Assembly (NCBI GenBank): GCA_040954595.2
Contig: CM082580.2
Span: forward strand, 7,418,390 to 7,482,389
Direction: 5' to 3'
DNA length: 64,000 nucleotides
DNA from: Balanoglossus misakiensis
Lineage: Eukaryota; Animalia; Hemichordata
Made by a program: the position numbers and the translations under genes. The notes under the pieces are model-generated. The model worked only from the letters and a program-made list of their open reading frames with translations. It searched no databases and was not told where the DNA came from. Shown piece by piece: positions 34,101 to 46,600 of the stretch (the stretch's first letter is position 1; each line of letters opens with the position of its first letter).

Positions 34101-37100
34101 AGTGCTGTCTGTATAACAGAGAGAGATAGAGGGAGATAGATAGAGAGAGAGAGGTGGAGGGGAGGGAGGGAAGGGGGAGGGACAATTGGCAAGCGTTAGA
34201 AAACATGTCCATTGGAGGCGTGCTTTTATCGGTATTTGCTCATCACCAGCTTACTACTGTAGTTTCCTGAACTACTAGTATAAAAGCTATATCATTCTGT
34301 AAGAGGTCTGCCAGACGGTAAACTGAAGCCCCGGTAATCCCTTGATATATAACGTAGCCGTTCAGTGCTTGAGTAACCCTGTAGATACGTATGCCATTAA
34401 TCTTGCTAAACTAGAGATTTTATCAAAAATAAGTGTGGACGAGCCGGATTTAATCACAGCGGGGCAATCACAACAGAGCTCTGCCTTCTCCCGCAGGAAA
34501 TGCCGGAGATTGGCATCAAACGGTTATTTGCTGAGGAGAATAGCAATGTTGTAGCGGTGTATACTTCACGATCCTCGGAATAAACTCGGAGGAAATCACA
34601 CACACATACCAAACCAGATATGGTCTTTTCATTGCTGTTGCTGAGTGGCTGGATGTCGGTTGCCAGGTAGCCAGCGCTGGCCTCTTCAACATCACCCGCA
34701 GAACAGCCGTCCGGCAGATCGGTGCTGTTCCACCACTTGTCGGCATACCACCCGGGGAGAATCCAAGCGTACTTGCTGCCGAATAACTTGTACTTAAAAA
34801 CCTGCCATATACAAAGAAAAAAGCCCTGATTATTTCAAATACGTATGAGAGAGTGTGAGGAGACATTGTTTTATTATTTTAATATATCATGGCTGGCGTG
34901 ATCAAATCTTTCGGGGTATACGTCGTGTGATATCAATAGTAGATTGCCCACGTTTTTACGATCATGGAACTGTGATTATTTGGTACACTTCAGAAATCAA
35001 TATCCTGACAAAAAGTTTCCAAGAAAAAATAATGTATATTGCAGGTGGTGTGTGTGTGCTTCTATCTCCGAAGTAATATCATCCGCGTAATCTGACCTCG
35101 TCTCTCTCTGAGTGAATGCTTTGGGCTATAGAGCACAATATTCATTATTGATATAGGCAACTATGTCACGTGTATCATTGTCCGCTCGCACGGGTCGTTG
35201 GCTCGACCACAGTCTCCCTAATTTTTCTGAGAGCAAGACCTCGGCGGGCGAAGATTACCATGTGTACATGCAAGATGCGCGATCCACGCAAACAGGCTGA
35301 CTCAAAGAAAGGGATACCTACATTGCAGAAGACCTTAACTGCCATGTTCTCTTCAAAATAACCGAGTATTATTCTAGCTCCCGATTCCTGTGAAGAGATC
35401 GCCATGTGATAAACTACGTTACAGTACAATATGAAGACAGTGTTGATAAAGACCGAGTACGAGTACTTGATGCTCGCTATAAGAAATGCAGAATTTGTTA
35501 TTGACGTACTTACACTTATTTCTTGCACAGCCTGCTCGGGATCGTTCGCAAAATTGGCAACTCGTAGCAGTATGGTTCCCGCGTCTTCTAAATCTCTGAT
35601 CAATTTGTTATGGGCCTGCAAAAAGTATGCAAGAATCCTTGTCAGCAGAAGTTTTGTGAATACGTTCGGGTTCCTCAATGATACACTACACTACACTACA
35701 CTACACCACACCACACTACACTACACTACACCACACCACACTACACTACACTACAATTCCATTCAATTCAATACAATGCAAGTGAACATCACGATCTTGC
35801 CTCCGTTTCTGTAAACAACATCGTCAAACGAACGTCCTGGATAAACAATGATAGAAAGATAATGTAATACCTACGATTGAGAACCTTGGCGTGTCCTGGT
35901 AAATTGTGGCCACACTTGTCCAATTGAAATATTCCAATAATTTCATTTTGGCGGGATTTAAGTCGGCTTCTGAGGGAACGGTTCGGAAGAACGTCGGATA
36001 CTTCTCTCGTTCCGATAGAAACGGCTCGGTGTTGGCATACGAGAGCTAAAATGAAACATCATGTATCAATAGGAGACTTAGGACATTGTATTACAGGAAT
36101 GTATTTAAAAGTTTGCTGATGTATTAGCCTTTTTTTTGCAAAAATTCAGATGTCAACGATTCACAAAGTTTAGTTTTTCAAAAGGCTACATGAACCAGCA
36201 GTCTGGGCCTTGTGGCTTAACACCCATAACAGTGGAATACAACAACAAAAAGTGCAATGAAAGGTGACAGACTTTGTAATTTATTTGTCATATATCTGCC
36301 TCATTACTTCTTGATAGTTGGCATATACGAATCACTCTCGTTGTAATTACTGTAAATTTAAGAATCGACAATATGAATCCCTCGTAAAAGTGCCTCGACC
36401 ATCGCAGCGTGAAAGTAGCCATCAATATTCGCGCTTCACGAAAGCTCACAGAATTGGTACTTCGTGGATGATTCGAATGAACTTGACCTTGGTGCTATTT
36501 TCGGTATCTTATAACGACTTCCTCAAGTTGCGCTGTGTTGCCAGTATCGTTTCGATGGGTCGCGAGCTCTGAAGACCCGCGGAGATTGGACGCTAATGGG
36601 TGTTGGCATAACGACGAGCTAGGCAACCGCCGCAGCCATCTCCAACCGTCGATCATCATTAAGCAAACAGGGCTTGAAATGAGAGGCAGAAATAATTGCT
36701 TTTTTGAGGTGATGACGTGGCGTGTGCTGAGCCCCGCACACACAGCTCGCTGCACTGCGGCACGTAGGTTTGGGCTGTGTGATTTTAACCGTCGATAGAA
36801 AGGTAACAAGGCAGACTAAAGGCAAAAAATCCTTGACTGAGTCACAGTAATGGAAACCACTTTTATAGAAGTTAGAAACAGCCAGTTTTGTCGAAGCAGA
36901 CATCAGTTATTTCTTATTTATGATTCTATATTGAAAATAAATCTCTTATTTAAACTAAAGAAAACTTGAAATCAAACTAAAGAAATCTTGAAATCAAACT
37001 AAGACAAGAAGACTACGGAGGTAGAATGGGGGATTCAGATTTCTTGGGTAATTCACATTGATATTTTGTGCAAATTTAGAGCAGTGCCAACAACTGGTAT

Positions 37101-37772
37101 AGCTACAGATGCTTGTCTTGTTGGCCGAACTGTATTGTTTCATTATTGTCCAAATGCGAAATTCTGTAACATTTCTATTCGTTTCACTCCGTGATCCTGC
37201 ACGAAATTCTCAGATTGAAAATGATCATGTCTGGGAATGGACAGTATAATTGAACCGCGTGATACTTCAATTACTTGCTCGCCGTCGTACATCTGGGAGA
37301 CACGGATGTCTATATGTTGCATAAATTTCGAAAGTTCATGCAAGCACATATTCATCGTGGACTACCTTCTCTCATTAGCATATTCCCCGTTGGGAGAAAA
37401 ACAGCAGGTGGCAGAAAAGAAGTAATCTACCCTGGGTCTGCACATGTAATTAATAATATAAATATGATACGCGCAAAAATTATGCCATATCGAAACTTGA
37501 TGAGTAATCTTGCAGTATTATCGCAACCCAACACGCAGGCTTATTAAGATCTCGTTCCTTGTATCATCGCGCATTTCTGGTGACGTCATATAATTATACA
37601 CGCATGCAGAATGAAAGGGTAGATGGTACAGTACCTGGACAAGTTTCCACCAAATGACGGCCTCTGCTATGGGAGCCGTGACGTTGGAACATACACCGCC
37701 GAGAATCATGAGCTTAGGGGGTCCTTTAGCCATCGCCTCAAAAAATGCCCGTGTGCCCTCCGCCATTTCGCA
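28132..37772 (-). CDS. GABBR2: GABA-B receptor subunit 2-like class C GPCR (first exon not found; C-terminal exon usage uncertain)
   Basis: Exons approx. 37772-37635 ([27 protein letters not shown]), 36045-35875 ([18 protein letters not shown]), 35615-35514, 35387-35322 (RIILGYF), 34801-34610, 34108-33881 (HGYAYDGVW), 33622-33563, 33443-33364, 32946-32796 (TM1), 32347-32215 (YIKMSSP), 31784-31677 (FSKTWRVH), 31292-31170, 30981-30868, 30559-30335 ([20 protein letters not shown]), 30179-30015, 29456-29315, 29072-28952, 28732-28365, then a stop at 28330 (no further splice) or 28132 (extra exon). Confidence 0.9.
31054..31094. repeat. 41-bp near-perfect palindrome
   Basis: CACAATCCCTCAAGAAAGAC-C-GTCTTTCTTGAGGGACTGTG, 19/20 paired. 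Confidence 0.9.
35682..35772. repeat. (ACACT/ACACC)n pentanucleotide microsatellite
   Basis: Visible tandem pentamers grading into (CAATT)n. Confidence 0.92.
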
Positions 37773-40700
37773 CTGCAAGAAAAAGAATCGCGTGTTTAAA
37801 CAATAAGTGCGGTGTATAAGGGTATCCTTATTTCGCCATGCAAAGGTCCACTCTTTAGAGCGAATCTAAAATTCCAAAAAGGTAATCTATCTTAAAAGGT
37901 CGGGACCTTTAGAGGGTATTGCTGTAATATGCTAAGTCGGAATTTATAGCATTAGGGTTCGCCAATCACTAATACTGTGTTAAATGTCACCGTTTTCGTT
38001 AATATTTGATATGTATCTATGGCTTGACGCGGAGCTAGATAACCTTCTCGAAATGTATTCAATATTTAAAAGTAAGATGAAGTGGTTTCTAAGAAACGTT
38101 CCAAAAATAGCTGCACAGTTGCATCCTCCCAAATGCTGACATGTAACGATGACAACCGACAATGGAGACGGTTACCAGGCGACCCAGTGTGTTGTGTAGT
38201 GATGTTCGTATCTGACGTTTCCGAAATACATGTAGGTCTATGTACGACAAATGCAACGCCCGAGTCTGGATTCTGGACTTTGTGGATACATACGATATAC
38301 ACATGTAACCTTTTGTCCCCAATACGCACTTTACCCCGTCTCCATGGATACCCGTATTGACAAATCCTAACGGTATTTTTCAAATGAGCGTTTTATTATT
38401 TATCATATACTACTATGAGCCTAAAAGTGATGGCTCTAATTGTCATTCAACGGACTACACAATCAGCCCCATCTATTTGCAGAATCGCTCCCCCGGGAAT
38501 CTGCAAGAAGATCGATCGTTCAAGTTCATTTTCGGTTCACTTATCAAGAGTCCTCCTTATCTGGCGCGTTAAATCGCTCAGACGTGAAGCACGCCACTTT
38601 CGCGGCTGTTTACAAATGGATACTGAACAGAAATTAATGCACCCACCAAATGCAATAAAGCACAAAACCTCAGAGGTGAGCATCGTTGATGTGTAATTTC
38701 AGGTAATTCGCCTTACACCGGTCGACAGGAAATTATAATTTTCGTAATTTGTAACTCCAGAACTCGGATGCCAGAAAAGTACACCGGCGGTGATTTCCCA
38801 GGCAAATTACGAAGCGGCGGTTTAGTTCGATGTAATTGGCGTGGACGGCGTCTGAATGTCCATGCTGCTGTATAGTAGCTGATTTAAGAATTGTCAGCGA
38901 ACTTTTGCCCAAATGCAGCTAGATATTCACACTCTCGTGTTAAACTGTCGACGTGTGTTTATACATTGACCGCGTCTTCACGTTCCACGAATGGGCTCGT
39001 GCAGGTATACTACGCCCCGGAGCCCACAAAACTGACACATTTCGCCCGGGTGTGTACAAAGATTAACAAGGCATGGCCAAAACATTTTGTAAAAGCCAAA
39101 TCGGTTTCATGAGACATGAAGGCAGGAAACGCAAACAAGGTGCCAAGGTCATTTACAGAACAACCTGTGGATTACTAGAAACTCCATTGAAATCCGTGCA
39201 CTGCATGCACGTTCTCGCCTTCAGTCGTAAGAATGTATTTTAATTCCATTAATGCGTATAAGAACGTATTCAATCCGATCCCGTCGCTATACTTGTCCTT
39301 CACTGCGATCCATTGTGCGGAAATAATATGGATTCATACACAGTTGAGTTTTCGAGATGAAATGGAATTATGTGGCAAAGGTGAATTCACCTCCTTGTCA
39401 AAATGACGATTCAGCACAAGATATATGTTTCCGACTTAAGGTGGAGTGGCATGTTCTCTGCACAATTTTATCCAAAGCCGTATTTCTCGTGAAAGACTGT
39501 CAACCCCTATAAACCACACACTTTCCAAGTGTTGGGATAAGTCATGATTTCGCAAGATACCAGCCAAAATCAAAGTTGAGTAGAAAATATTCCCTTTATC
39601 GGCGCGCCTACAGCAGTGTAAAAGACAAATTGTACATCAACTGTATAGAGAGCTTAGCGAGTCTCCAATATATATTCGTTCATTTCAATGCAAGCTCTTT
39701 GTGTGAACAAACGGTGCTCCAATCAAAATCCTGTTAGCGATTTCAAGTGGTTTCCAAACATCGAATGGACGCACTTCGCGAAGAATAATATGTGCGGGCG
39801 ACAAAAGCAAACGTCGCTTTCTTTTCATTCTTTGAATTTACCAACATACCTGGACGTTTAACTAATAGACCAGATGGGTCTAAGTAGTCTGCCTGTTGCT
39901 CTGGAATACGACATTTCAAAGAAACGAACAAGTGCCGTGTGTACATAGTATTTCTGTTAACAGCAATATCTCTGAGCTGCTCTCGGGGCCACCCTCGCTC
40001 TGTTCCAGAGTTTGAGATGGTGACCTCATCATAATCAAGTACTAGTAGTTTTATTTGCGCTGCTGCAAAGCGGAAAAGGGTCCAGGAAGGTCTTTGATTA
40101 GATACATCTATACGTTTTCACTAATGATCGCATTTGTCTGTTTGAATGGGTTGCAGCGAGATGCTCGTCATTTGTAACGATCTTAAAGCGTTCGAGAATA
40201 CTAGGATGGTTACTTCAGTTTGGCATTGATTAAAATTTGTCGCATTTCGGAAGTGGGTATTCATTCTGTTAACGAAGCAACGCTTTGATGAACCGCCAAA
40301 ACGACCTTTTGGTAGTTTGAAGACCGTCGTTGGACGAAGTGCTTTTGATTAAATCGTGGATAAGCCAGTTGTTTACATGCTGGTAGAACTTCTAAGCTAG
40401 TAACCCCAACGCTGTTGCACTCTCAAACCTGAAGCTAATGCCCATTCGGAATTTAAAACCATCTGTTTGTGCAAGAATGCGACTCATTCATTATTTATTT
40501 ATCGGTCAAAAGTGGCGGCACCTTTAAACTCGCAATATCTCGCCGGAGCAAACCTCCTCGGAATTGTTAATGCATTTTTTACATTTTCATTTGCGCATTT
40601 TGCAAGGCAAGATAATGCAATTAGCAACAACTGATACCGTGTCACATTTGAAGGGATTGCTGGTGCCATTTTGTCTTAGGACCAAGGTTATACGTTCTCA

Positions 40701-42619
40701 GTGGTTCGGTTTGTGACCTCATCAGAATGGAATTGCAGGGTTTTGTTTTGCCGCAACAGTTTATCAAAAGGCCAGGAAGGGTATTTTTGTAGTTGATTGG
40801 TTATATTCACGTTTTTTACACGTGGTCGCACTTCTGTTACTCTGCTTTAAAATATTGACAAGACGTAAAAAGCAAATATGTCCGTTTGGAGAGAAAGCAG
40901 ACTCCCAAGAGACCAGACGATTCGTTCCTCTTCAACTTATTTTGAAGTGGTTTACCAGGTTTCCGTTCCGCGGTACAGACTGCATGTAGTGCAGAATGAC
41001 ACGTCGAATTTCACATTTAAGAAAACACATCGCGACGTTTTCAGACGTGAAGCATTTTACCGATGATATAAGGATTCCTTTGCGTGACGCAAGCTACAAA
41101 TATTTCGAGGTTTTTGGCACACGAGGATATTCGCTCTGGCAGACTACAGATTTCTGCCCATCGTACTTGAACAGAAGAGACAATATGGCGGGACTCCTGA
41201 CCTATCACGTACTCCTACCTGAACCTCCTACCTGAAGTTGGCGGGGGGGGGGGATCCAGTACCGACTTCAAGCAGACATATAACATCTGCCGCCACGGTA
41301 TGCAAAATCGTGACTTTCAATTATCATCACCACGCCTCAGACGGTGAAAAGTCAGTGACATTTACAGCTACTCAGGGGTGAGTGTCTCTCATTTATACAG
41401 ACACCGGCGTAATGGAGAGTGATTTGCACCAATGATGGACTTACGATTCCCTTCACTTTGTTAATACCAAGTTAATAAATGTACAGTGCGCTTGTGAATT
41501 GGAAACTGCTGTTAGTGACTAAAGGCGAGGAAAGGCAATGGTGCATGATGGTGCGTGACTGCGTAAAAGTCATTTTTGGTTTCTGCGAATTAACACTATA
41601 ATTTAAAGTATACTCATATTAATGTAGAAATATCCCGCTAACATTACAAGAGTGACGGCTGTCATTGATGGCGACCGATGTCGAAATGATCTAATTTCTT
41701 TTTGGCATTTAGACCATCTGGACATTATTTGCAGTTACACACCAACGCACAAAACCACTCGACCACCCCCTACCTTTACACAGATCTAACACAGATACCT
41801 CGGTATAATATTTCTTGGTTTACCCTCTAACAATGCACGATCATAGGTAACCAGAGATCCCTAACTTCACATCTACTAAGGCTGTTTCCACCGTCCCGAC
41901 TTTTGAGCCATGGAATAAAATACTTCTTGCGTTCCCTCGTATATTCGCCGCGAGCCACGAATCCGCTCAAAGACGGTAATTCTACATCAGGTAATGATAC
42001 AACAGGGACAGATTGTAAATACCACAAGACTACCTTTGCATTAATAATAACCAATCTAAATAATTTGTGACTACTCCGATGTCGCAGAGGACACGTATTA
42101 TCGTTACGATAGGATAAATTATAAATGATTTTACGTTACCGTCGAACAAGTTATGCATAAAAATGCGAGGCGCCCAGATGACTGTCTCATAAATATTGCA
42201 CAGCCAAATTAAAAACCTCTCTCGTTAACTATTTACGAGGTTCATGTCTGTTAAGGCTCATCTACACAGAGCTTTGATGAAAGGGGTCTATTAAAGGCAG
42301 TCGTTTGATGTTTCTAATGCATTGTAATTGACTGACCGAATAAAAGTGTTCAGGCGGTCACCGTATGTTATCTTTCGTTTGCACAATGGTTATGCATTGT
42401 AATATGTCTGCTGATTGTTGAACTATGTGAAAATACTAGCAATCTGATCATTTATCCTAGCTTTCATCATCGATAGCTTATTTAAAATGGCAGTTTTGAC
42501 CTATACCATACAATATATCAGTAACGTAACTAAAGAAATGTATCATTTCTCTGGATTGTGAATGATCAAATTCCTTGTTTACAAAAATGGTGCATGTCGT
42601 CGATGGTCTGGTCAACTTA

Positions 42620-43419
42620 GGCTGCATTCACAAACACCTCTGGAGGGGGGGGCGGGAGAATTGAGGGGGGGGATTTGAAAAAATTGAGGGTATGTAAGGG
42701 GGGGGATTTGAAATAATTTAGGGACTGAAAGGGGGGGACTTGAAAACTTTAACGACTAAATATTTATTTTGAGTCCACAAAAATGCAGTTTCGCGCCCTT
42801 TATTTTACAAAATTTTCTAATGTGGGAGGGGGACACCCCCTCCCACACCCACCCCTCCATTCATCAACACCTTTCAATCATTGACTGGTTTATCTAGTAT
42901 CCCAGGTCAGGGGACTTGCCCCCACCCCATGATAACTTTGAGCAGCGACGGTTAAATTTGTCCTCCCCAACATACCGGTAGTTGAGTTAATTTGCTTTTG
43001 CCGGGTTCATTAAAATGCAGCTTTGAGCTCTGTATTTTAGAAAATTTTCTTACGTGGGAGGGGGACACCCCCTCCCAAACCCACCCCCTTCAATTCTCGG
43101 TTTACAATGTCTCCCAACACAGAATACAAATATATGTACTTAAAAAATAAAAACAATGTTCAGTTTTAATACCCACTGATGAGGGAAAACATCAGTTTCA
43201 AATTCTTTTCATGGGAGCGCTGTTTTTCTTTTTACAAGATAGATAGGTGATGTGTTTTGCTCAGTGAAAGAAAATGGGGGGGGGATTTCAAAATTTTGGC
43301 AGTTCGGAAGGGGGGGATTTGAAAATATTGGCAGTTCGGAAGGGGGGCATGTGAAAATTAGCGGTAAAAAAATTTGAATTCTCCCGCCCCCCCCTCCAGA
43401 GGTGTTTGTGAATGCAGCC
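42620..43419. mobile_element. PIF/Harbinger-type non-autonomous element (800 bp)
   Basis: Perfect 43-bp TIR GGCTGCATTCACAAACACCTCTGGAGGGGGGGGCGGGAGAATT; TTA target duplication at 42617-19 and 43420-22; internal GGGGGGATTTGAAA repeats and two TGGGAGGGGGACACCCCCTCCCA hairpins. Confidence 0.9.
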
Positions 43420-43494
43420 TTATGTGAAAAATAAAAACTGTAACACTTCATTGAATTTGATGCATAATTCAACCGGCCACGCGAAGTCCATTAA

Positions 43495-43603
43495 TTGCAG
43501 GGTGAGGTAAAGTGCCTTGGTCAAGGGCACAGCGTCGTGGTCATGTCCAAATATCGAACTCATCATCCTCCGTAAGTCCCGCGGCCTTGAACCAACAATC
43601 CCC
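43495..43603 (-). mobile_element. Degenerate tRNA-derived SINE head
   Basis: Minus strand shows A-box-like TGGTTCAAGG and B-box-like GAGTTCGAT, then GTGCCCTTGACCAAGGCACTTTACC, the motif that starts the conserved body of many animal SINE superfamilies. Confidence 0.6.
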
Positions 43604-46600
43604 TAATACTAGTGAGTCATGTTCCATAGGACCGAAATCCCCTTGTAAACATAGTTGTGTACACGACAATAGCGGGGAAAAACAAGGTTCCCAGTCATTC
43701 ACCGATCCCTCGTCAAATGATAGTTCATCATCCGCGAAAAAAAAAAAATTAAAAGATGGCGGACTCCCTCGTTGAATCACGGACTATAAAGATTCTTAAG
43801 ACGTGACGGAGAGCACGGCCGCTCCCCTGAGCTTCGATAACGGAACATAAACAAGAGAAACATTTCCGTGCTTAATTTGATTAGAAACCGCGTCTCCCGG
43901 CGAGCAGTCCCAAGTGGTTGTGATCCATGTATTAGGTTCAACAACGATTGGTATGCCGTACACGTACATCTGAGAAACACGATATGGCAAGCCTCTAACT
44001 GAGGCATCATTACCATATTTAAAATTTGCATATATCTGTAAATACGCTGGATGTACAACCATTTTTTCAGATTTCCATTTCCACATTATGGAAATAATCC
44101 CGTGTGTACGACACAGTTTAATATTTACACTGACATTTCTGCAAATGCAACAAAGGCATAAATATTTCGCATAGCGGCAATAATCAGGTGGTATGGACAC
44201 AGCGCCACCAATTAATTTGTTAACATGGCAGAAATCCGGCCGCCATCTTGAAACGCTGCATCGCCCACGTGTGATTAGTATCACCTACCCAGTAGGTAGC
44301 GAAGTCACATTTGCCGTAACGAGAATTGCCTATTCAGACAAAAAATCGAACGGATGCCAACTTGTGAATATCGTATTGCAAGCCAGATGGTGCGATACCC
44401 ATCTGCCAACACGACAGATATCAAACTGCCATCAAATTGGAAGCGCATTCTAAAGGTTTCAAAGCTAGCGCCACACACCAACGCTTGACATATTCAATTT
44501 GCAACTCAGCAAGACATACCCTTCTTGGGAAGCAGCTCGCAATTAATTGCGTGCGCTATATAGCCAAGCCAAGAAACCCATTTGATGCGCAGACGCAGAA
44601 GTGAGACCCATTCAAGCGCGTTCAGAGGTGTCTGTCATTACGATTGTACAAACAGCGGACGCCTTTGATGTCGTTGTAATTAAACCAAGTGAAGTTAGTC
44701 ATGACATAATTGAATGTCTGGCCATATTATTTAGGCAGCAATATAGTTTCTCGACATAAAGGGTGTGTAATATAACCAAGGAGTCTGGTCCAAATGATGT
44801 ACTTTCTGTTACAGTAGTAAACTGTTATTGGACAGGTATACGTGTAATGTAATACATGTACATAAAATATGACCATGGCAAAACGCACCACGCCACATCT
44901 TTGCGTTCTACCCCTTAGATTGCATCCACTTTCAAGACATTCGTTTAGCATTACCCTTTTGTGATTCACAAAACGTCGTCGACACCTTGCAGTGAACGAC
45001 TTGTTGAAATGCGGCCCGGGGTTCTGCAGACGTTGAATATTTAACACGTGCGCAAATTGTCAGACCCCTGTCTCTCATTAAAAGCATTGAAATTCACACA
45101 AAGTAAAGTGTGACCAAATGACGATATTGTCCTGTAATTGCTTTTTGCACGTAACGTCTGTCAATATACGCAATTCTTCAAGTGCCGCATAAATTTGGCT
45201 TTAACGGTTCGCATTAGCGCGTTTTATTAGTTTACTCTGAATGGCCTCGGCGACTACTGCGTAAAGATGATCTGCATCACACACAACAGCGGGGCATTTA
45301 TCGGTTGCTACACGCACGCTCTCGTCGTGGCTTATAATCTCGACGATTAATTCACTGACGTTTATTAAAATTCTATCGAATTCAATAACAGAGAAAGTCG
45401 CCAGAACGTCAAAGAAAAACACCTAGTAATTTTCGCACACTTTATTACCGAATCGAACAGACGTTTCGCGTTTTTTGAAATCACTTTTTGCAACAAAGGC
45501 CTTTCACGTCCTGAAAGGATTTTATTTGTGTTCTGAATATTGACGGAAAACCGATAACACGTGCGGCGTCGTTTTACGGCGTGTGCAATAAACAAAGAAT
45601 TGATCACCCGAGGAAGAAAAGCCGAAACCAATTATCATGTGTTTGAAGACTCAAATTACCTGTGTTTTATATCACCTTCAGTGGGGATAAAAGACCGCTG
45701 ACGTGGTAATCTGCGATTACCCTATTCCGCAGATTTATAATTCCATCAAACCGCCTGTCTGGGTCTCATGTGCAGGCACCTGTATCAATGCACAGACAAA
45801 GATCTCTTTGTCTGTGATAAATGAAACAAACGTTCGCTATCTTTTGAGCAACAGTTTTCAGCTGGGCGTGTGCTTCATTGATTATCTGAACACTCGACTG
45901 AAGACGCGCGACACAATCATATGGATCTTTTTATACCTTCTCGCCGGGTATATGAAGTATAATCAGCGGCAGATTGAAAAAAAATATTAGGTAAAAGGAT
46001 GAAAAGCATCGAATAGAAAAGATTCCGGGGCCTGTAATTATTTGCGCACACTTTCACCGATACTCAAATATTTCCTTGACAGGTAATAATCAGGCAAGTC
46101 ACTCTTTGAGGAGGGAAGTAATACGATCATTTTATCTTTCTGAAATCCTCCAAGAGTAGCTTGCTGATGTGAATGCTAATAACCTTGGCTTTCTGAAGGA
46201 GCGGGTTGCTTCGTCGGAGTAGAATATACATATATTTCGGTCAGCGATTTTCAGCTGCCATGGGCATTGTGCATAAGACACGCTTTGTACTGCACGACAC
46301 CCCCCCCCCCCCCATATCATATCAGCCTTCCTGTCCAACACACTGGCGATACATGTAGTTGGTGCATGCATGCACTGACCGAGGTGACTAACGAAAGGAA
46401 ATTCGATGATGGACCTTTAAGTAAAAGTCTTCAAATTGCCATTAGGCAGCCTAATTCTCAGAACCGCTCAGTCAATCAAAAGTCCAACTCCTTATTGTAC
46501 ACGGTGCCCTTTCAAAATCGCGTTTTAATTGTAGTAAGTGACTCCCGAGAGGTGGGCGATTGACCGTGCTTACAAGATGGTCTATGACTCATTGAGCAGC

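Noticed and set aside
5010-37772. Functional cluster of PNPO (PLP supply for GABA synthesis) with a GABA-B receptor
   Set aside because: Separated by CENP-E with no evidence of co-regulation; adjacency is probably coincidental
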